Source of the DNA: the human T2T-CHM13v2.0 reference genome, Homo sapiens
DNA: 64,000 nt
NCBI RefSeq assembly: GCF_009914755.1
Contig: NC_060925.1
Direction: 5' to 3' (one strand)
The notes under the pieces were generated by a model, which saw only the letters and a program-made list of their open reading frames with translations, was not told where the DNA came from and made no database searches. Positions 27,501 to 44,893 of this stretch are shown piece after piece (position 1 is the first letter of the stretch; each line of letters begins with the position of its first letter). The position numbers and the translations under genes are program-made.

Positions 27501-29519
27501 CACTTTGCCTTCGTCTTGTGTTTGGTGGTAATACCAACATGGGATAACTATAAAATAAATTATCAGTTTCATGTGTGGGTTTTTTTTAACTTATACTTAC
27601 AGTGAAAATTTAAACCACAAATTCATGTGAAGATGGCCTTCTCATTTTTCCTCTAAATAGCACCGAGTTTGAGGCAGGAAAATTTCCTGGTTGTCTCCCG
27701 CTGAGGAACAGGTTTTTATCTAGTTTATCCTTTCCCTGAAATTATAGTCCTTCGTATCTCTGGCTTTCAGCAGTTTTCTCCTGTAAGACTGCTATAATGG
27801 GCAGGCACTAGGTTTTGTCTCACACTCTCCCATATCCCAGGTGGTCATAAAAATTGAAGCTCAGGGTACTAGGGCCAGGACTGTCCTTATGGAAGCTTCT
27901 GGTTTGGGGGTCTGCATACCTCTCTGGATTTATGTATTCTCCTTATGCTTGGCCTATGTGGTTCACCTTAGTTTCTATTCAAGTCAGTAATATACTTTTG
28001 AAAAATGACATGTACATTTTATCTGGTATTTGTAGATTTCATATAGCAGGATAGTGATTCAGCAAATTTAGTCTACCACAATGCTGGGAATAGAATTCCC
28101 CTAATTTTTGAAAACATTATATCAAATCATGTTTATTGCCATTAATAGTCTTATAAATGTGCTTTTAAGTAACTGCATTTTGTCATAGCTCATTGTGATT
28201 GTATATTTAACTAGTTCACCCCTACCTCATGTTTTTTGGGAGTGAAGGTTGTACTCAACTCATTATGTTAAGTAATACTACAGTAAACATCAATCTATAC
28301 ATGCATTAATAATGATTTCCAAGAAAGTAGTGACACATGGTCATAATCATCTTTGAGGCTGATGGTACATATTTTCAAATTGCATCTCAGAAATAATATA
28401 CCAATCTGTGCTCTAATCAGCCGCATATGAAAGTGTCATCTTTCTGTTCTCCAACCAATACAACTACTACTGTTTTTATACCTACAAATCTGACAAAGAT
28501 GGGAGAAGGGATCTTATAGTTTCAATTTGTATTTCTTTGGTGACCAATGTACTAAATTACTCAATGTACTAAATTACTCTTTTCCTGTTTATCATCCATT
28601 TCAAACAAAATGTAAACCATTTTTTAAATTTTTTTATATTAATGCAAATTGTAAATCACTACTTTATTTATTCAACTTCCTAAGCAAAATTATATGTTGT
28701 CCCATTTATACATTTTATATTAGATCATTCTGCCTTACATTTATATCCTAAAACTGTCAGAATTATATAATAATTATGAACAGTTGATTATAAATAATGT
28801 CTTTATTAGGATATTTCACCATAAATCTAAATTTCATCAATCTTTCTTTAAATATCTCTACACAATGTCCTCTTGTATTATATTAATAATTGCAGATACA
28901 CTTCTTTTTGCTATTTCTATTAATTCTTTCCTATTCCTATTGTATGTTAGTCTCCCATTTTCTCCCATAAAATAAATAAAAATTTTTCTATCAGATTCTG
29001 TGATATATTACTTCTTATTCCCAGCCTTCAACATTTTAAGAATTCAGATTGACCTTTTCTCCCATTCTTATTTCAAGTTATCAGCATGTCGATACTTGGG
29101 AAATCTCATCAAGTGTTTAACAGTGCATACCTTACTGATTCATTATTTATTTCAATTTAATCTTTCTTATTTTCATTCAACTTTTTTCTCAGTAATACAA
29201 CTTTTTCAAGCTTTTTATTTTCTAATGCATTTCTCCAAATAGCAGCCATAACCCTTATATGCCCTCTTTCAATGACAACAACAAAAGTGTGCTAGGCTTC
29301 TTGGAAGAAAATAATGATACCAATTTAAGAAGGAGAAAATTGATGTACTGATAAACAAATGGGCATCTTAGGATCATGTTTCTCACAAGTAAGGCAGTTC
29401 CAGAAATTCCTAGGACCATAATGGGTTTTATTCTAAATAGGTTAAACATATCACTTAAAAAATTGTTTTCTACAGTTCTCTAATATTGCTTACAATTGTC
29501 CACGTTTCCATGTTTATAA

Positions 29520-29868
<349 letters not shown>

Positions 29869-30438
29869 CTACTCAGTGAGGGATCCTGGGACTAATACCA
29901 TCAGCTTGACTTGAGGCCGTTTGAAGGCAGACTCAGAATCTGCAATTTATCAGGATCCCCAGGTAATTTGTATGTGCAGTCTAGTTTGGTAGATCTGCTC
30001 TGGCAGACTGGAAGACTCTTCTATCTGCCTCACGTAAGGTGCAGGTGACATAATTAGGTAATCAAGCAAAAGATCACATATTTTAATAAGAAAGAGACAC
30101 TGGCTATTATTTTGAGTGGCAAAACAGGTTATTCAGTCCCAGTTTAAAATGGAAATGACAGAGACCAAGATGAAGATTTTTAATTTGAGATGTGCCTGCG
30201 ATGCAATTACATTTGCTGAATGAAACTGCTTCAGTAATTAGATGCAGGTTTCTTCTCTCTTCTTTTTGAGATGTAAAGAAGACACAATAGACTCATGGAA
30301 CTTAAAGAACTAGACGCCAGCTAACAAAACATGCTATCCAGACTCTTCCGTTTCACCATATTGCTTTCTTGAAAACATAGGACAGTGCCAGTTTAGCACT
30401 GAAAAAAATCAGTTCTCCTAATTCTAAAAAGAGGAGAC

Positions 30439-30658
<220 letters not shown>

Positions 30659-31470
30659 ACTGTAATTTCATTTCAGAAGTTTTATAGGGTACTATTTCCA
30701 ATTCTTTTTTTCTTACTCCATTAAAGTGTAATTAGCAGTATGTGAAAATTTCCACTTTATCCTCAATCAGAAGCCTCTCCTTCCAATTAGCATATATTTT
30801 TTCTATTAACTTTGTAAAGTGGGATTCTTGTTTTATACATACCCCTGGAAAGTATACTTAAACTGTGAGACCCTGGGATTTTATATTTCCAAATAGAAGA
30901 TACCATCCTCTTGTATCACAAAATGTACCTAAGATGGTTTGGATTATATTTAAATATTCTTGAATGAAATAGACTTACTGACTGAAGCCAATTATTATAT
31001 TTTTCCACACCAAAATAAATGCAATAGGAAAAGATGAAAGTTCTATGTAGTATTCCTGCTTCCATATTGCACAAATTAGAAACATACATATTCCATTATG
31101 TTACAGGGTCTAGGGCTTTGGGAGGACAAGGCTGCAGGCAGCCGAGATTGTGCCGCTGCACTCCAGCCTGGGCGACAGAGTGAGACCTTTTCTCAATAAT
31201 AATAATAAAAGTAAAAAGAAATATAATATTTAATCAATATATGCACACACATGGGTTTATCATGACACACATGACATGTGTGTACACTGAAAAAAATGAG
31301 TAAATCTAGAAACCTGTATTGCCTCAATAGCTAGCTAAGTACTTCAATATGCATGTTTATTTCAACAATTTTGTGTTAAGCTTCAGTGGTAAATAAGCAG
31401 AGTACACTGACCATAATGAATACTTCTTTTGATGAGGGTTATCACTACACAATTAAAATATTACATAGTT

Positions 31471-31759
<289 letters not shown>

Positions 31760-32514
31760 TATATAATAATAAATATATATATATTATATATAATCAATAT
31801 AAATATAATATGTATTATACATATAATAAATATATATATTATATATAATAAATATATCATATAGATGATATAGTTTAGAGTTAAATACTGACTGCTCTTG
31901 GGAACTTTGAGGTATTCTGAGGGATATAAATAACACGAAGAGAATAGCACATTGGCTTGAAGCAGATTAGAGTCTGCTACCTGCGTGAATACTTGCTTTT
32001 CATGAACTATGAGGATGCCCTTAGCTTTTGAACCACTTCTACTTGTGTTGAAATTTACCCTTTAATTTTGGGGTTTGACAGGCTCTGCCCTTCTGTTATG
32101 CTTGAGTCTGGCTTTTCCTACTCTGACTCACTTTGATTCTTGACCTCTGAATCTTATTCCTGTTTTACAATAAACACACATCGCACATACGCCAATTAGT
32201 AGAGTGGAAGAGGGAAAAATTGCCAAGGAACTATGTTTAATTTTGTTCCTTTCGCAAACCAGACACCATAACAGAAAAATTTTAGGAACATGTGCATGTT
32301 CAGTAGCCTTCAATGCAATTATACTGGTTATTAAAAAGTGTTGGATAATCAATATTTTTTAAAGATTCACTAGTCCCTTCTGATAATTTTAGAACTTTGG
32401 GAAGTAATAATACAAATGTATTTTTAGCTGTGTCCTTTAATCTTTTACTGTTTCCTCTATGTGTGGTGTTTGGTTTGTGTGTGTGTGATAATTATTATAA
32501 AGATCAGAGGCTAA

Positions 32515-32854
<340 letters not shown>

Positions 32855-33487
32855 GCATGACCTTTTAACTTGTCTCATACACTCAATATTCTCAAGATAT
32901 ACCTTCCAAAGTGAAAAATTATGGCACTTTGCAGCCCTGACCACTAACTGAGAACTTTGATGCTTTGGATTTTGGAGACCTCATTTTATCACCTGGTCCT
33001 TTTACTTCATGACTTGTCATGCTGCCACCTTTTGATGGGATTGAGATCAAGATAATAATTCCCAACTGGTCAGGAATATTGTGCCCCTTTGTTTTTATAT
33101 CCAGATGCAATAGAGCCTCTGACACACCACTACTATTGTTCTTAGGATTTGGAACAAAATGCTTCTTTCTTTGACAAAATAAATGTTTTCTTTAAAGAAC
33201 TCTTGATTGATCCTGGACCATTGTAGAAACTGAAGTCCTATCAATGCAAAAAAATATGACAACATGAGCTGCTTATCATGAAATAAGTGTTTTCCAATTA
33301 ACTATCCTGCTTCATCAGCAGGTAGGAATAATAGAATCTATACCTATGTCTTCATGGGAAGTTCTCTATGGCCAGTTGATTAGTGAGGGAAAAATTGAGC
33401 CTGATTTACAGAAGTCACTGTACAACATCACAGCAGCAGCCAAAAGTAGATTGCTTAGGCATTATAACCTACGTGAATGCAATTTTA

Positions 33488-33916
<429 letters not shown>

Positions 33917-35133
33917 TTAGGGACTCGGAAAGACAAAGACTGAAGGATTGGTGGCAATGAGTTTTGGGGAAAAAATATGTAGATGAACCACAGAAAATGA
34001 GCCAGAGTGTAAGAATATTTGTGCTTAATACGAATGCTCACCAAACTATCATCAGGAAGGTTATCAAATAGATATGAAGGTATGAAACAATCTCTTTCAC
34101 CAGGCACTACATTGCTTGCTCAGAAGGCTAATAAACAGCAACATTGGTGGTAGCAGTAGAGAATACACATAGGTTTAGCAACATGTTGGACTTTACCACT
34201 CTCGCTTACAAAAGCCTATTTAGCTGTCAAGACTATTAGGTGTCCAACACACAAGCAACAAAGTCCAAGGCTAAGCACACAATAACATATCCTGGGTGAA
34301 TAAACCAGTCACCTTTTGTCAGACTTGTTGATTTTATTGGAGCTCCTCTATGATAAAGGCAACAAGGAATTTTGTAAATGGAATCTACCTTTATCCTTGA
34401 ATTACATTTGCTTTACCTGACATCATTTTTCTCTGATCGCCACTCTCCACGGGTACATTGAATGCCTTATATATACTGCCATAATATCCTGTTCTACATC
34501 CTTCTATTAAAAGAACTTGTTGTATAACAAATGAGTAGATATTCATTGGACTCACCTGGTCTGCCATTTATCCTATCACTAACCAAAATTATTATTATTA
34601 TAGAATGGTGAATATTTTATTAAAGACTCAATCACAGTGCCAGCTGGAGACAATGGCTTATAAGGTTGTACTCATGCTAGAGGATGTGGTGGTGTATCCT
34701 CTGAACTAGTAACTAAGTATAAGCTTGTCTGGTGTCTCCCATATAAAAAATACAACAATCTTTGATATTTGTTATGAATGTTGAAGTGACTCCTTTTGTC
34801 ATTACATCTAATGATCCACTCCAAATACTTGTCTCTTGTCTCTGAGATTCTAGGTTTTTGCAGAATTAGTACCCAAAGGGAGAGTCTTAGCAGTATTCCA
34901 TTTTACAATCCATCCTTCGTTAGAGGATGAGAGACTTCTATCTAGCCTTTTAGGTTGCCTGAGACCTTTAAACAAACAGTCAAAAATTTAAAATTTAAAA
35001 TGCGGCTACACTGTTGCATGGGGTAGTAAATCTTGACCTTAAAACTGGTATTTGTAAGAAAAACAGAAAGAATTCAGGGATCCCCTTTGATGGCTCCTAA
35101 TTCTATACAGTCCTGTAAATATTCCTGAAGACT

Positions 35134-35296
35134 AACCAGGTGTGGTGGTGCACACCTGTAATCCCAGCTACTCCAGAGGCTGAGGAAGAGAATCACTTGA
35201 ACCTGGGAGGCGGAGGTTGCAATGAGCTGAGATTGTGCCACTTCACTCCAGCCTGGGTGACAGAGCAAGACTCTGTCTCCAAAAAAAAAAAAAGAA

Positions 35297-35349
<53 letters not shown>

Positions 35350-35350
35350 A
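35134..35350 (+). mobile_element. Alu right arm with (GAAA)n tail
   Basis: Right-arm sequence then A/(GAAA)n. Confidence 0.85.
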
Positions 35351-35609
35351 ATGAAGACTGCCAAAGCTTGGAAGCAACCAAGATGTCCTTCAATAAGTGA
35401 CTGCATAAGCAAACTGTGGTATATTCCTACAGTGGAATATTATTCAGTGCTAAAAGGAAAAAACTATCAAGCCACAAAAAGATACAGAAAAAACAAAGAC
35501 ATTTTGCTAAGTGAAAGAAGCCAGTCTGAAAAGGGTACATACTGTGATTTCAACTATACGACATTCTGGAAAAGGCCAAACTATAAAGACAGTAAAAAGA
35601 TCAGTGGTT

Positions 35610-36375
35610 ATCTTTGCAGACGCCACCATCGCTGTGAGCCCTGTACTATCAGCCATGGTCAACTCCGTCGTCTTTTTTGACATCACCGTCGACGGCAAGC
35701 CCTTGGGCCGCATCTCCATCAAACTGTTTGCAGACAAGATTCCAAAGACAGCAGAAAACTTTCGTGCTCTGAGCACTGGAGAGAAAGGATTTCGTTATAA
35801 GGGTTCCTGCTTTCACAGAATTATTCCAGGGTTTATGTGTCAGGGTGGTGACTTCACACGCCCTAATGGCACCGATGACAAGTCCATCTATGGGGAGAAA
35901 TTTGATGATGAGAACCTCATCCGAAAGCATACAGGTTCTGGCATCTTGTCCATGGTAAATGCTGGACCCAACACAAATGGCTCCCAGTTATTCATCTGCA
36001 CTGCCAAGACTGAGTGGTTGGATGGCAAGCATGTGGCCTTTGGCAAGGTGAAAGAACGTGTGAATATTGTGGAAGCCATGGAGCACTTTGGGTACAGGAA
36101 TAGCAAGACCAGCAAGAAGATCACCATTGCTGACTGTGGACAATTCTAATGAGTTTGACTTGTGTTTTATTTTCACCACCAGACCCATTCATTCTGTAGC
36201 TCAGGAGAGCACCCCTCCACCACATTTGCTTGCAATATCCTAGAATCTTTGTGCTCTTGCTGCAGTTCCCTTTGGGTTCCATGTTTTCCTTGTTCCCTTC
36301 CATGCCTACCTGGATTGCAGAGTTGAGTTAAGTTTATGATTATGAAATAAAAACTAAGTAACAACAACAACAACA
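35610..36375 (+). other. Processed PPIA (cyclophilin A) retrocopy
   Basis: PPIA-like 5'UTR tttgcagacgccacc, no introns, AATAAA 36346-36351, (CAA)n decayed tail, 16-bp TSD aaaaag(a/c)tcagtggtt at 35594-35609 and 36376-36391. Confidence 0.9.
35655..36149 (+). CDS. PPIAL4H: Peptidyl-prolyl cis-trans isomerase A-like 4 (cyclophilin A retrogene), 164 aa
   Basis: Intact [24 protein letters not shown]...IADCGQF in gccATGG context; PPIAL4 family is clear, paralog letter from recalled context. Confidence 0.9.
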   Translation: MVNSVVFFDITVDGKPLGRISIKLFADKIPKTAENFRALSTGEKGFRYKGSCFHRIIPGFMCQGGDFTRPNGTDDKSIYGEKFDDENLIRKHTGSGILSMVNAGPNTNGSQLFICTAKTEWLDGKHVAFGKVKERVNIVEAMEHFGYRNSKTSKKITIADCGQF

Positions 36376-37249
36376 AAAAAGCTCAGTGGTTGCCAGGAGT
36401 TTGGGGATGGGTAGGGAGATAAATAGTTCTGAAACAGGCGATTTTTAGGGGATTGAAAATACGTTGGTAATAATGTAATGATGGGTACATGACATTATGC
36501 GTTTTGCAAAACTCCTAGACCTGTACCACACAAAGAGTGAACCCTAATGTAAACTGGGGGTGGGATAAAGGTGACAGTATGTGAGAACTCTGTACTTTCT
36601 GCTCGATCTTTCCATAAAGCTAAAACTGCTCAAAAAATAAAGTCTATTATTTTGTTAAATGAAAGAAATTAACAATGACCATGGCACGCTCACACAAAAA
36701 GATTACCAAGGACATTTCTCTGTCAGGAATGAATATTTGGTCATCTCACAAGGCAAAACCCTGACTAGCAGAGGTGTTAGCTGAGGGCACATGGCCATAG
36801 ATGCCAATAGTGACCTGCTGGCCACTTGCAGAAAGGAGAGCCTTGACATCCAAACACATTGTTTCTCTTGTATTGTCCTGTGCATACTTATGTATCTTAA
36901 CAACTTTCCTTCCTTCCTCTCCATTTATCCCTCTTTTTAAAACAGGGCTTATTGAGGGTGATTAACTTAATTTTTAAATGATATATGGCAGAATGTCAAG
37001 AGAGTATAGTGAAGAACTTCGTAGAGGAATGGACATAACCCAGAATTCTTAGACTTAGAGTACATGGTGTGATTGAGAATTTTTTATTGTTTCATTGTTC
37101 AAGAGATTGTAGGTACATGTTCAATTATTAGAGAAATAGTTGCACTCTGTTAGAAGGAAGCTTGGGTCTTTCGTGTTTACTTTCAAAAGGGAAAGTTTAT
37201 ATTGATATTGAGCAAGTTAAAGCATGAATATTTATTATTTGATGTTTGT

Positions 37250-37790
37250 TTCTGTGTTTGAGGAATTCCTCAGCCTCTCAGTTTTGACGAAAACAAGAAA
37301 CCACCTCCTGCTTTAGAAGCTAAAATGCCAAATGCTTGCTTTCTCAGCCTCCTTTGCAGCTAGGGTACAAGCATATGACTTAGGTTTTGCCAATCTGTTT
37401 GCCAGTGCTGAATTTCGACTTTGGAATTAATAAAAAAAGAAGCAGATTCAGTTATGCTTTCTCTTGTTTCTGGTGGAGGCCATGTAGCAGCTGCTACAAT
37501 ATCTGTTGCAAAGCGAACAAGTGGGAGTGGTGCTGGTGGCTTTGCAGTTAGCCTAGGATTGAGCAATTGCTGCAATTGTTGCTCTCTGCATCTTCGGTGT
37601 TACTTCTTACTGGTGGTGACAGTGGTTTCCTCCCTGGATGAGTTCTACAGCATGGTTTGGGGTACATTTCCTGGCTGCCTAGCTTTGATCTGGCTCTCTA
37701 GCCTTCTCAACAGTTCTACAAGTTCCCCACTATTTCTGTGATAAACCTATTTATTGTTAATGTCAGCCATAATTGGCTTCTGTGGTTTAT
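37250..37790 (+). mobile_element. ERVL LTR (LTR33-like)
   Basis: cctcctttgcagctagggtacaagcatatgacttagg; follows the ERVL internal remnant. Confidence 0.5.
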
Positions 37791-37968
37791 ATTTTTTAAA
37801 ATTCCAAGATATACCAACGTAACAGATAGCTCAACAAACATATGTCTTTTTAAATTAAGATATATTCTGTGTCACATGAAGTACAATGGACAAAATGCAA
37901 CAAATTGAATTGAGCTAAAGACCAAATATATATTAAGCCTGGCTGGTCTTAAAAATGTAACTGGATAC

Positions 37969-38297
<329 letters not shown>

Positions 38298-38888
38298 CTA
38301 AGGTTCTTGAATAAGCAGAAAATAATTTAGGTAAAAACCAAATAATAAACTAACATTCTGAAAGGTTTAGGATTTAGAGGCCCAAATGTCTTAGCTAAAA
38401 GTGTTCATTCTAACCTCACAGGAAAATTGAAATATGAAAATATACAGAAAAATCTTAGGCAGTATTTATCAATTTTAAGAAACAACTATTTACAGGTTTT
38501 TCAATAGGCATTACATTAAAAATGAAATATATAGTTAATAAATATGAAAACTGTGGATATAATCAACACATTTATTTTACTTCTTGAAGTGTTAACATGT
38601 GCTGTCTCAAATATCAACAGTGTACACGTGAGAAAAAACATTTTACATAGATTTTCTGCGACAGAAAACAGCATCTCATTAGACATCCCAAGTTTTTTCA
38701 TTTGGAACACACACCCATTCCCCAGTATATTAGGGGTAATAATAATTTAAAGAGTTTAATTACTTTTTACTACTAGAAAACTAATTTTATGTTTGGCACA
38801 AATTTCTGAAATGATATTCCACTGCAAAGAATAATACCTATATATGGCCAGAATTACTTTTTTTCTATAACATTAAGATAATACTTGT

Positions 38889-39130
<242 letters not shown>

Positions 39131-40105
39131 TCAATCCCCATGCTTCTTCATTTGACCTTCCCTGACTCCCTGATGAATTTTAGTTTGAATTTTTGCTATA
39201 GTCCAGAAGTTAATTTAAAAGATCTTAAAATTTCCACCTGCCTAGATATTACTTATTTGTTACACTTTAGTCCATGATTTCTATTGTCATTTACATTACC
39301 CCAAAAATATGACCTGCTGAATTTCTGCTGTCATGAATTGACTAACATATTTTGGGCCTAAAACCTTTACATTTAGAATCTTTTTGTTTCGTATTGGAAA
39401 ATATTGTAAGTCCTCCATTTATTGGTCAAAAGCACTGCCTATTTATTTCCATGCTTAATCAGAGAGACTTTCTAATAGTTATTTAATATTATTTACGTTC
39501 ATTCACTTGTTGACTATAATGACGTTAGTTGCTATGATATTTTTAGGTCATTAATATAATAAAAATATGTCAACTTTTCTCTTCCAATGTGTCTTTGGGT
39601 TATTAATTTTTAACTCAGGTATCAAGCTTGTAAAATGTTTAATGGCTTATAATAATGTCTAACACATAGTATCCACTGAGTTCTGATAACTCCGGTTTAT
39701 CAAATTCTCTTTTTTTGTACCATTCTCCAAATGCAATGCTATTTGGTTTTATTTTTATTTTTTAAAAATGTGCTGCCTGTTTTGAGTCTCTAAAAGTGTG
39801 AAATGCTCAGCATTTCCCAAATGTATTTGAACATGGAGTGTTATATTTACTAAAAAGTTAACAAGCAAGTATTCCCCTAAACACTCTAGCAAATACTACT
39901 AGTACAGACAAATTATGATGTAACGTTATAGTACATTTTAACTTATTAGGTTAATTTTGGTTGCAAACAATCAAAATTCAAAATGGCTTGTATAATAAAG
40001 AGATTTTGAACAATAGTATAGGCTCAAGATAGTTTAATGCAGAAGTTTAATAATGACACAAAATAAATGCTTCTTGTCCTCCCTGTTTCTTCACTCTACC
40101 TTAAG

Positions 40106-40470
40106 TGATATAGATTGAATGTTTGTAGTCCCCCAAAATTTGTATGTTTAAATCTAATCCCTAGTGTGATGATATTTGGCAGTGGGTCTTCGGGGGGTGA
40201 TTAGGTCATGAGGACAGAGCCCTCATGAATGGGATTAGTGCCCTTATAAAAGAGACCTTAGAGAACTTCCTAGCCCCTTCCACCATGTGAGGACACAGCA
40301 AAAAGACAGCTGTCTGTGAACCAGGAAACAAATCCTCATTAGACCCTGAATCTGTTGACACCTTGATCTTGGACTTCCTGGCCTCTAGAACTGTAAGAAA
40401 TAAATTTATGTTGTTCATAAACCATCCAGGCTGTGATATTCTGGTATAGCGACCTGAAAGGACTAAGACA
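40106..40470 (+). mobile_element. MaLR LTR (MLT1A-like)
   Basis: tgatatagattgaatgtttgtagtcccccaaaa ... gactaagaca. Confidence 0.8.
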
Positions 40471-42847
40471 TTAGGTCTCAGTTTTATTCTATGGCTTAAA
40501 ATATCATGTCATGAGTAGACAACTTCCAATCCTAGTACCTCGTGCTTCCTCTGCTGCATTTGGAAAGAAGGCATTTCCCTCTTCAATCATGGAATGAAAA
40601 AGTTGTACTTCATTCTGATTTGATTAGCAGAAGGCACAGGTTCCTTCCATGCACCAATTACAATGACCAAGAATTGGGCATGGGACTCATGTCACTTAAA
40701 CATTGTGAAGCTGAGAAATTCATTATTTGGTTAGGAGTGTGTGAGAGCAGGGAACACTGAATGCTTGAGACACCACCACGATGTCCACTACATGTATTTC
40801 CATTTCAGTAAACATTTCCATTAAGATAATGCTAGAACAAAATCAGAGGGGTAGATCTTGGTGTCCCCAACTTTTGTTGACCTAACAAAGTGAAGTTGCT
40901 TCAACTGGACACTTCTGAACCACATTTATGCCTATATGTTCAGTTCAAATCTATTATAAGCAATTTTCAGGTCCATATGTTTAGGATATTTCATTTGTTT
41001 GGTTATGCATTATATGTATACATGTTTTTAACATACATACGCCTCTACATATATTTTGGAGGCCTTTACACAAAAGTGTTTTCCCTAAAGGGAGAAGAGA
41101 AAAGTTGAATGCAGAAGTAGAAAAAAAAATTCATTTGCACTTGTAGTATTTATAGCTAAATATTTTACATTACAGATGTATTAAAATTTTTATAATTTTA
41201 AACACTACTTTAAAACAGGGAGATGGTTTACCTTCAAAAAATTTGGCTCTCAACTCAAAGTTATCAAAGTATATCCTAGATGTAGTTTGCTTGTCAGGCT
41301 TCTACATGAAAATCTAAAATGCTCCTGCATTTCAGAATGAGCCTAACATATGTAATTGCACTCATCCACTATGTCTACATTGCCAACCAAATACTGACAG
41401 AGAGAGCTAGAGTGCCACAGAGAGCTGGCAGTTCCTCTGTTTGCATTAGCTTCTACTTGCTTCTTCATCTTTCCTCTATGTCTGACACATTTCATGTTAC
41501 TGTTTTTAAATGTTCCCTTAGCTACAGAGCTAATGTGCTTATATCTGTAAGGGGTCTCATGTGAACCTCTAAATAATTAAAGATTCATTAGCTCCCTGGA
41601 GGGCCACCATGATTTCCAAAACAAGTCACAATACCTAAAGATCTAATTGTACAATTTCCCTCAGAAATAGCCTTGAGAAAGAAGTCACATCACTCAGCAA
41701 TGAGTATTATAATTACTCACAGCAGTTTTCATGGTACTATATAACATCCAATTTACAGAATTAAAGGTAATGTAATTCGAAAGAAAAATAGCTGGTTTTA
41801 AGGAATGAAGGGCCATGTCAACTATTGGAAGCATCTTTGAACTGGAGCCTCTATGTTCGGGTTTCACCAGGTTTATGTTTTTAATTAATATCCTATTCAG
41901 CTTGCTGTAATTTCCATTGAGGTTTTCTAGAACAAGACAAGTCAGAAATTGATCTTTAATTATAAGCTAAGAGCAAACTGCCAAAGAACTGAGAGAAATT
42001 TTGAAGAAACAGGTCTATCAGGACTAACCATTTTAAGATAATAAAGACTAATCAGACACACACACATATGCACAAAAAGAGGGAGAGAGAGAACAAAAAT
42101 CCTATGAAATACATTTTAAAAACTTAATTTTTTTAAGAAGAAGCATTTGATCTGCCAAAGAGAAGAGTTAGCAGTTTGGAGATCTGACATTGCTAATCTC
42201 AGGGCAAGAAAATAACAAAATAAGACACCAAAGAATTACCTAAACTGTGGAAGATGAAGCTTTCAGAGTTCTCACAGAGAAATGGGATACTAAAGTACCA
42301 AGTTTAAGAGGTGTAATCTATTAATGTTTAATTTATGTCCCAAATACTTAAAAACTATGTTTCATTGTTATACATATTTATTTTATTATAAAGATAATGA
42401 ATGCAGTAGGGTTAGATTTAAATAATTCATTGGGTTTAAAATGAGAAATGAAAGTCTGGCTTTTTACAACCTACAGTCTTATCACCAAAGTTAGCTATTG
42501 TTAATAACTTCTTGTCCATTCTTGTATGTGTTATGGTTTCTTTCTTAGAAAGAAGTATGCTATACTAGTATACATGCTATTTATTCATGAACCTTGCACT
42601 TATCATGTAATCATATGTCTTAGTGGTCTTTTCATAATAGATGTCTCTCTTTCCCACGCTGTCAGTGGTGATTGCATGAGGCATTGTACAGACGTACCAA
42701 TAATTACTTACTCTGTGTCATATTGTTGGTTATTCAGATTGTTTTCACTTTGCCCTTGCAGACAACACTGCAACGAACATCCTTATGCATATCTTATTCC
42801 AAATACATCATCGTGATGGCTGTGTGAGAGAAATATACATTGTTGAT

Positions 42848-43290
42848 TTTATTTTTTTATTTTTTATAATTTCAACTTTTGATTTTAGATACAGTGGGTA
42901 CATGTGCAGGTTTGTTACATGGGTATGTTGTGTAATGCTGAGGTTTGCGGCATGATTGATCCGATCACTCAGGTACTAGGCATAGTAGTTGTTTTTCAAC
43001 CTTTACCCCCTCCCTCCTTCTACCCTCGAGTAGTCCCCAGTTTCTATTGTTCCCATCTTTGTGTCCACGTGTACTCAATGTTTAGCTCCTGCTTATAAGT
43101 GAGAATATGTGGTATTTGGTTTTCTATTCCTGTGTTAATTCGCTTAGCATAATGGCATCGAGTTGCATCCATGTTGCTGTAAAGGACATGATTTTATTCT
43201 TTTTTATGGCTGCAAAGTATTCCATGACATATATGTACCATATTTTCTTTATCCAAGCCACAGTTGATGGGCACCTAGGTTGATTCCATG
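42848..43290 (-). mobile_element. L1 (old L1PA/L1PB) 3' end
   Basis: tttcaacttttgattttagatacagtgggtacatgtgcaggtttgttac. Confidence 0.85.
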
Positions 43291-43603
43291 TCTTAGCGAT
43301 TGTGAATTACACTGCTGATTTTAATAGAAACCACTAATTTTTATGCCAAAAAAATCATCAATGTGCACATGCTCCAAGGCTGTGTGAGCATAGCCCTTTT
43401 TCTTGGGATGTCAACAACACTGGGTTTTATCAAAATATAATTTTTGCCAATTTATTAGTTAACAAATGCTAACTCAGTGCTACTTGGATTTGAACTACCA
43501 CTGCTGCTGAGCAACTTTTTACATATTCACTGGCAATTTATTTATCTTTCTCTGTTGTTTATCTTTTTCTGTGTAATAATTTTCCCTATTTCTACTCTTT
43601 TAA

Positions 43604-43926
<323 letters not shown>

Positions 43927-43970
43927 TCACTGTTTCCTTAATAATTTTTAAGTTTAAAAAGTGACCTTTT

Positions 43971-44266
<296 letters not shown>

Positions 44267-44893
44267 TTATCTGCTGCATATAATTCTAATGATATTTCTC
44301 AATTTGTTTATCTTTTAACAATGGTAATATATAATGTCTTGCTATTTAGAAAGATTTTTAAAATTATTTTACATAAAGAAATTTTTATTCTTTGCCATTA
44401 ATACTTGCAGGTTTGGAATTTTCAGGACCTCCTCAAAGGCCACCTACAGGAAATGCTCTTCAAAGACATTTCACTTTTTCCCCACTTGATTGTGGAGCAA
44501 AGGCTAACACTGGCAATGCTTTGAAGTACTTGAGTCAAATGGGCCTCTCATGTGGTCATTACTATACTCACTCTTAGGCTCCAATGCAAATTGTTTGCTT
44601 ACACCAACTACTCTTGCTTTCCTTTAATAGACCTATTCCTCCTGGGCTGTCTGAAACTAACATTTCATTGTAAATAAAGTCCTGCAAGTCCTTGGTATCT
44701 CAAAGAACCCTCCTTCCATTTAGTTTTAGGAAAACTCTCCTCCTAAAACTCTATTCTTGTCCCTGGAGTCCAGATCCCCATTCCTTGCAACAAATGAACT
44801 CTTGATTTGAGCACTGAAGGGAGATAATTGGAAGTTTGACTTTGTGTTCTAGGTTTTCCCTGCCAATATATGCAGCGTCTTTAAAACTAATTG

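Larger units (their letters stand above)
35353..36650 (+). mobile_element. Old L1M 3' end, split by the PPIA retrocopy
   Basis: ttggaagcaaccaagatgtccttcaat...gccagtctgaaaaggg...aaaagatcagtggtt, resuming gccaggagtttggg...aaccctaatgtaaact. Confidence 0.75.

Noticed and set aside
35511-35654. 48-aa N-terminal extension of the cyclophilin ORF in the ORF track
   Set aside because: Starts at GTG in L1 flank outside the TSD; the PPIA-homologous ATG is at 35655
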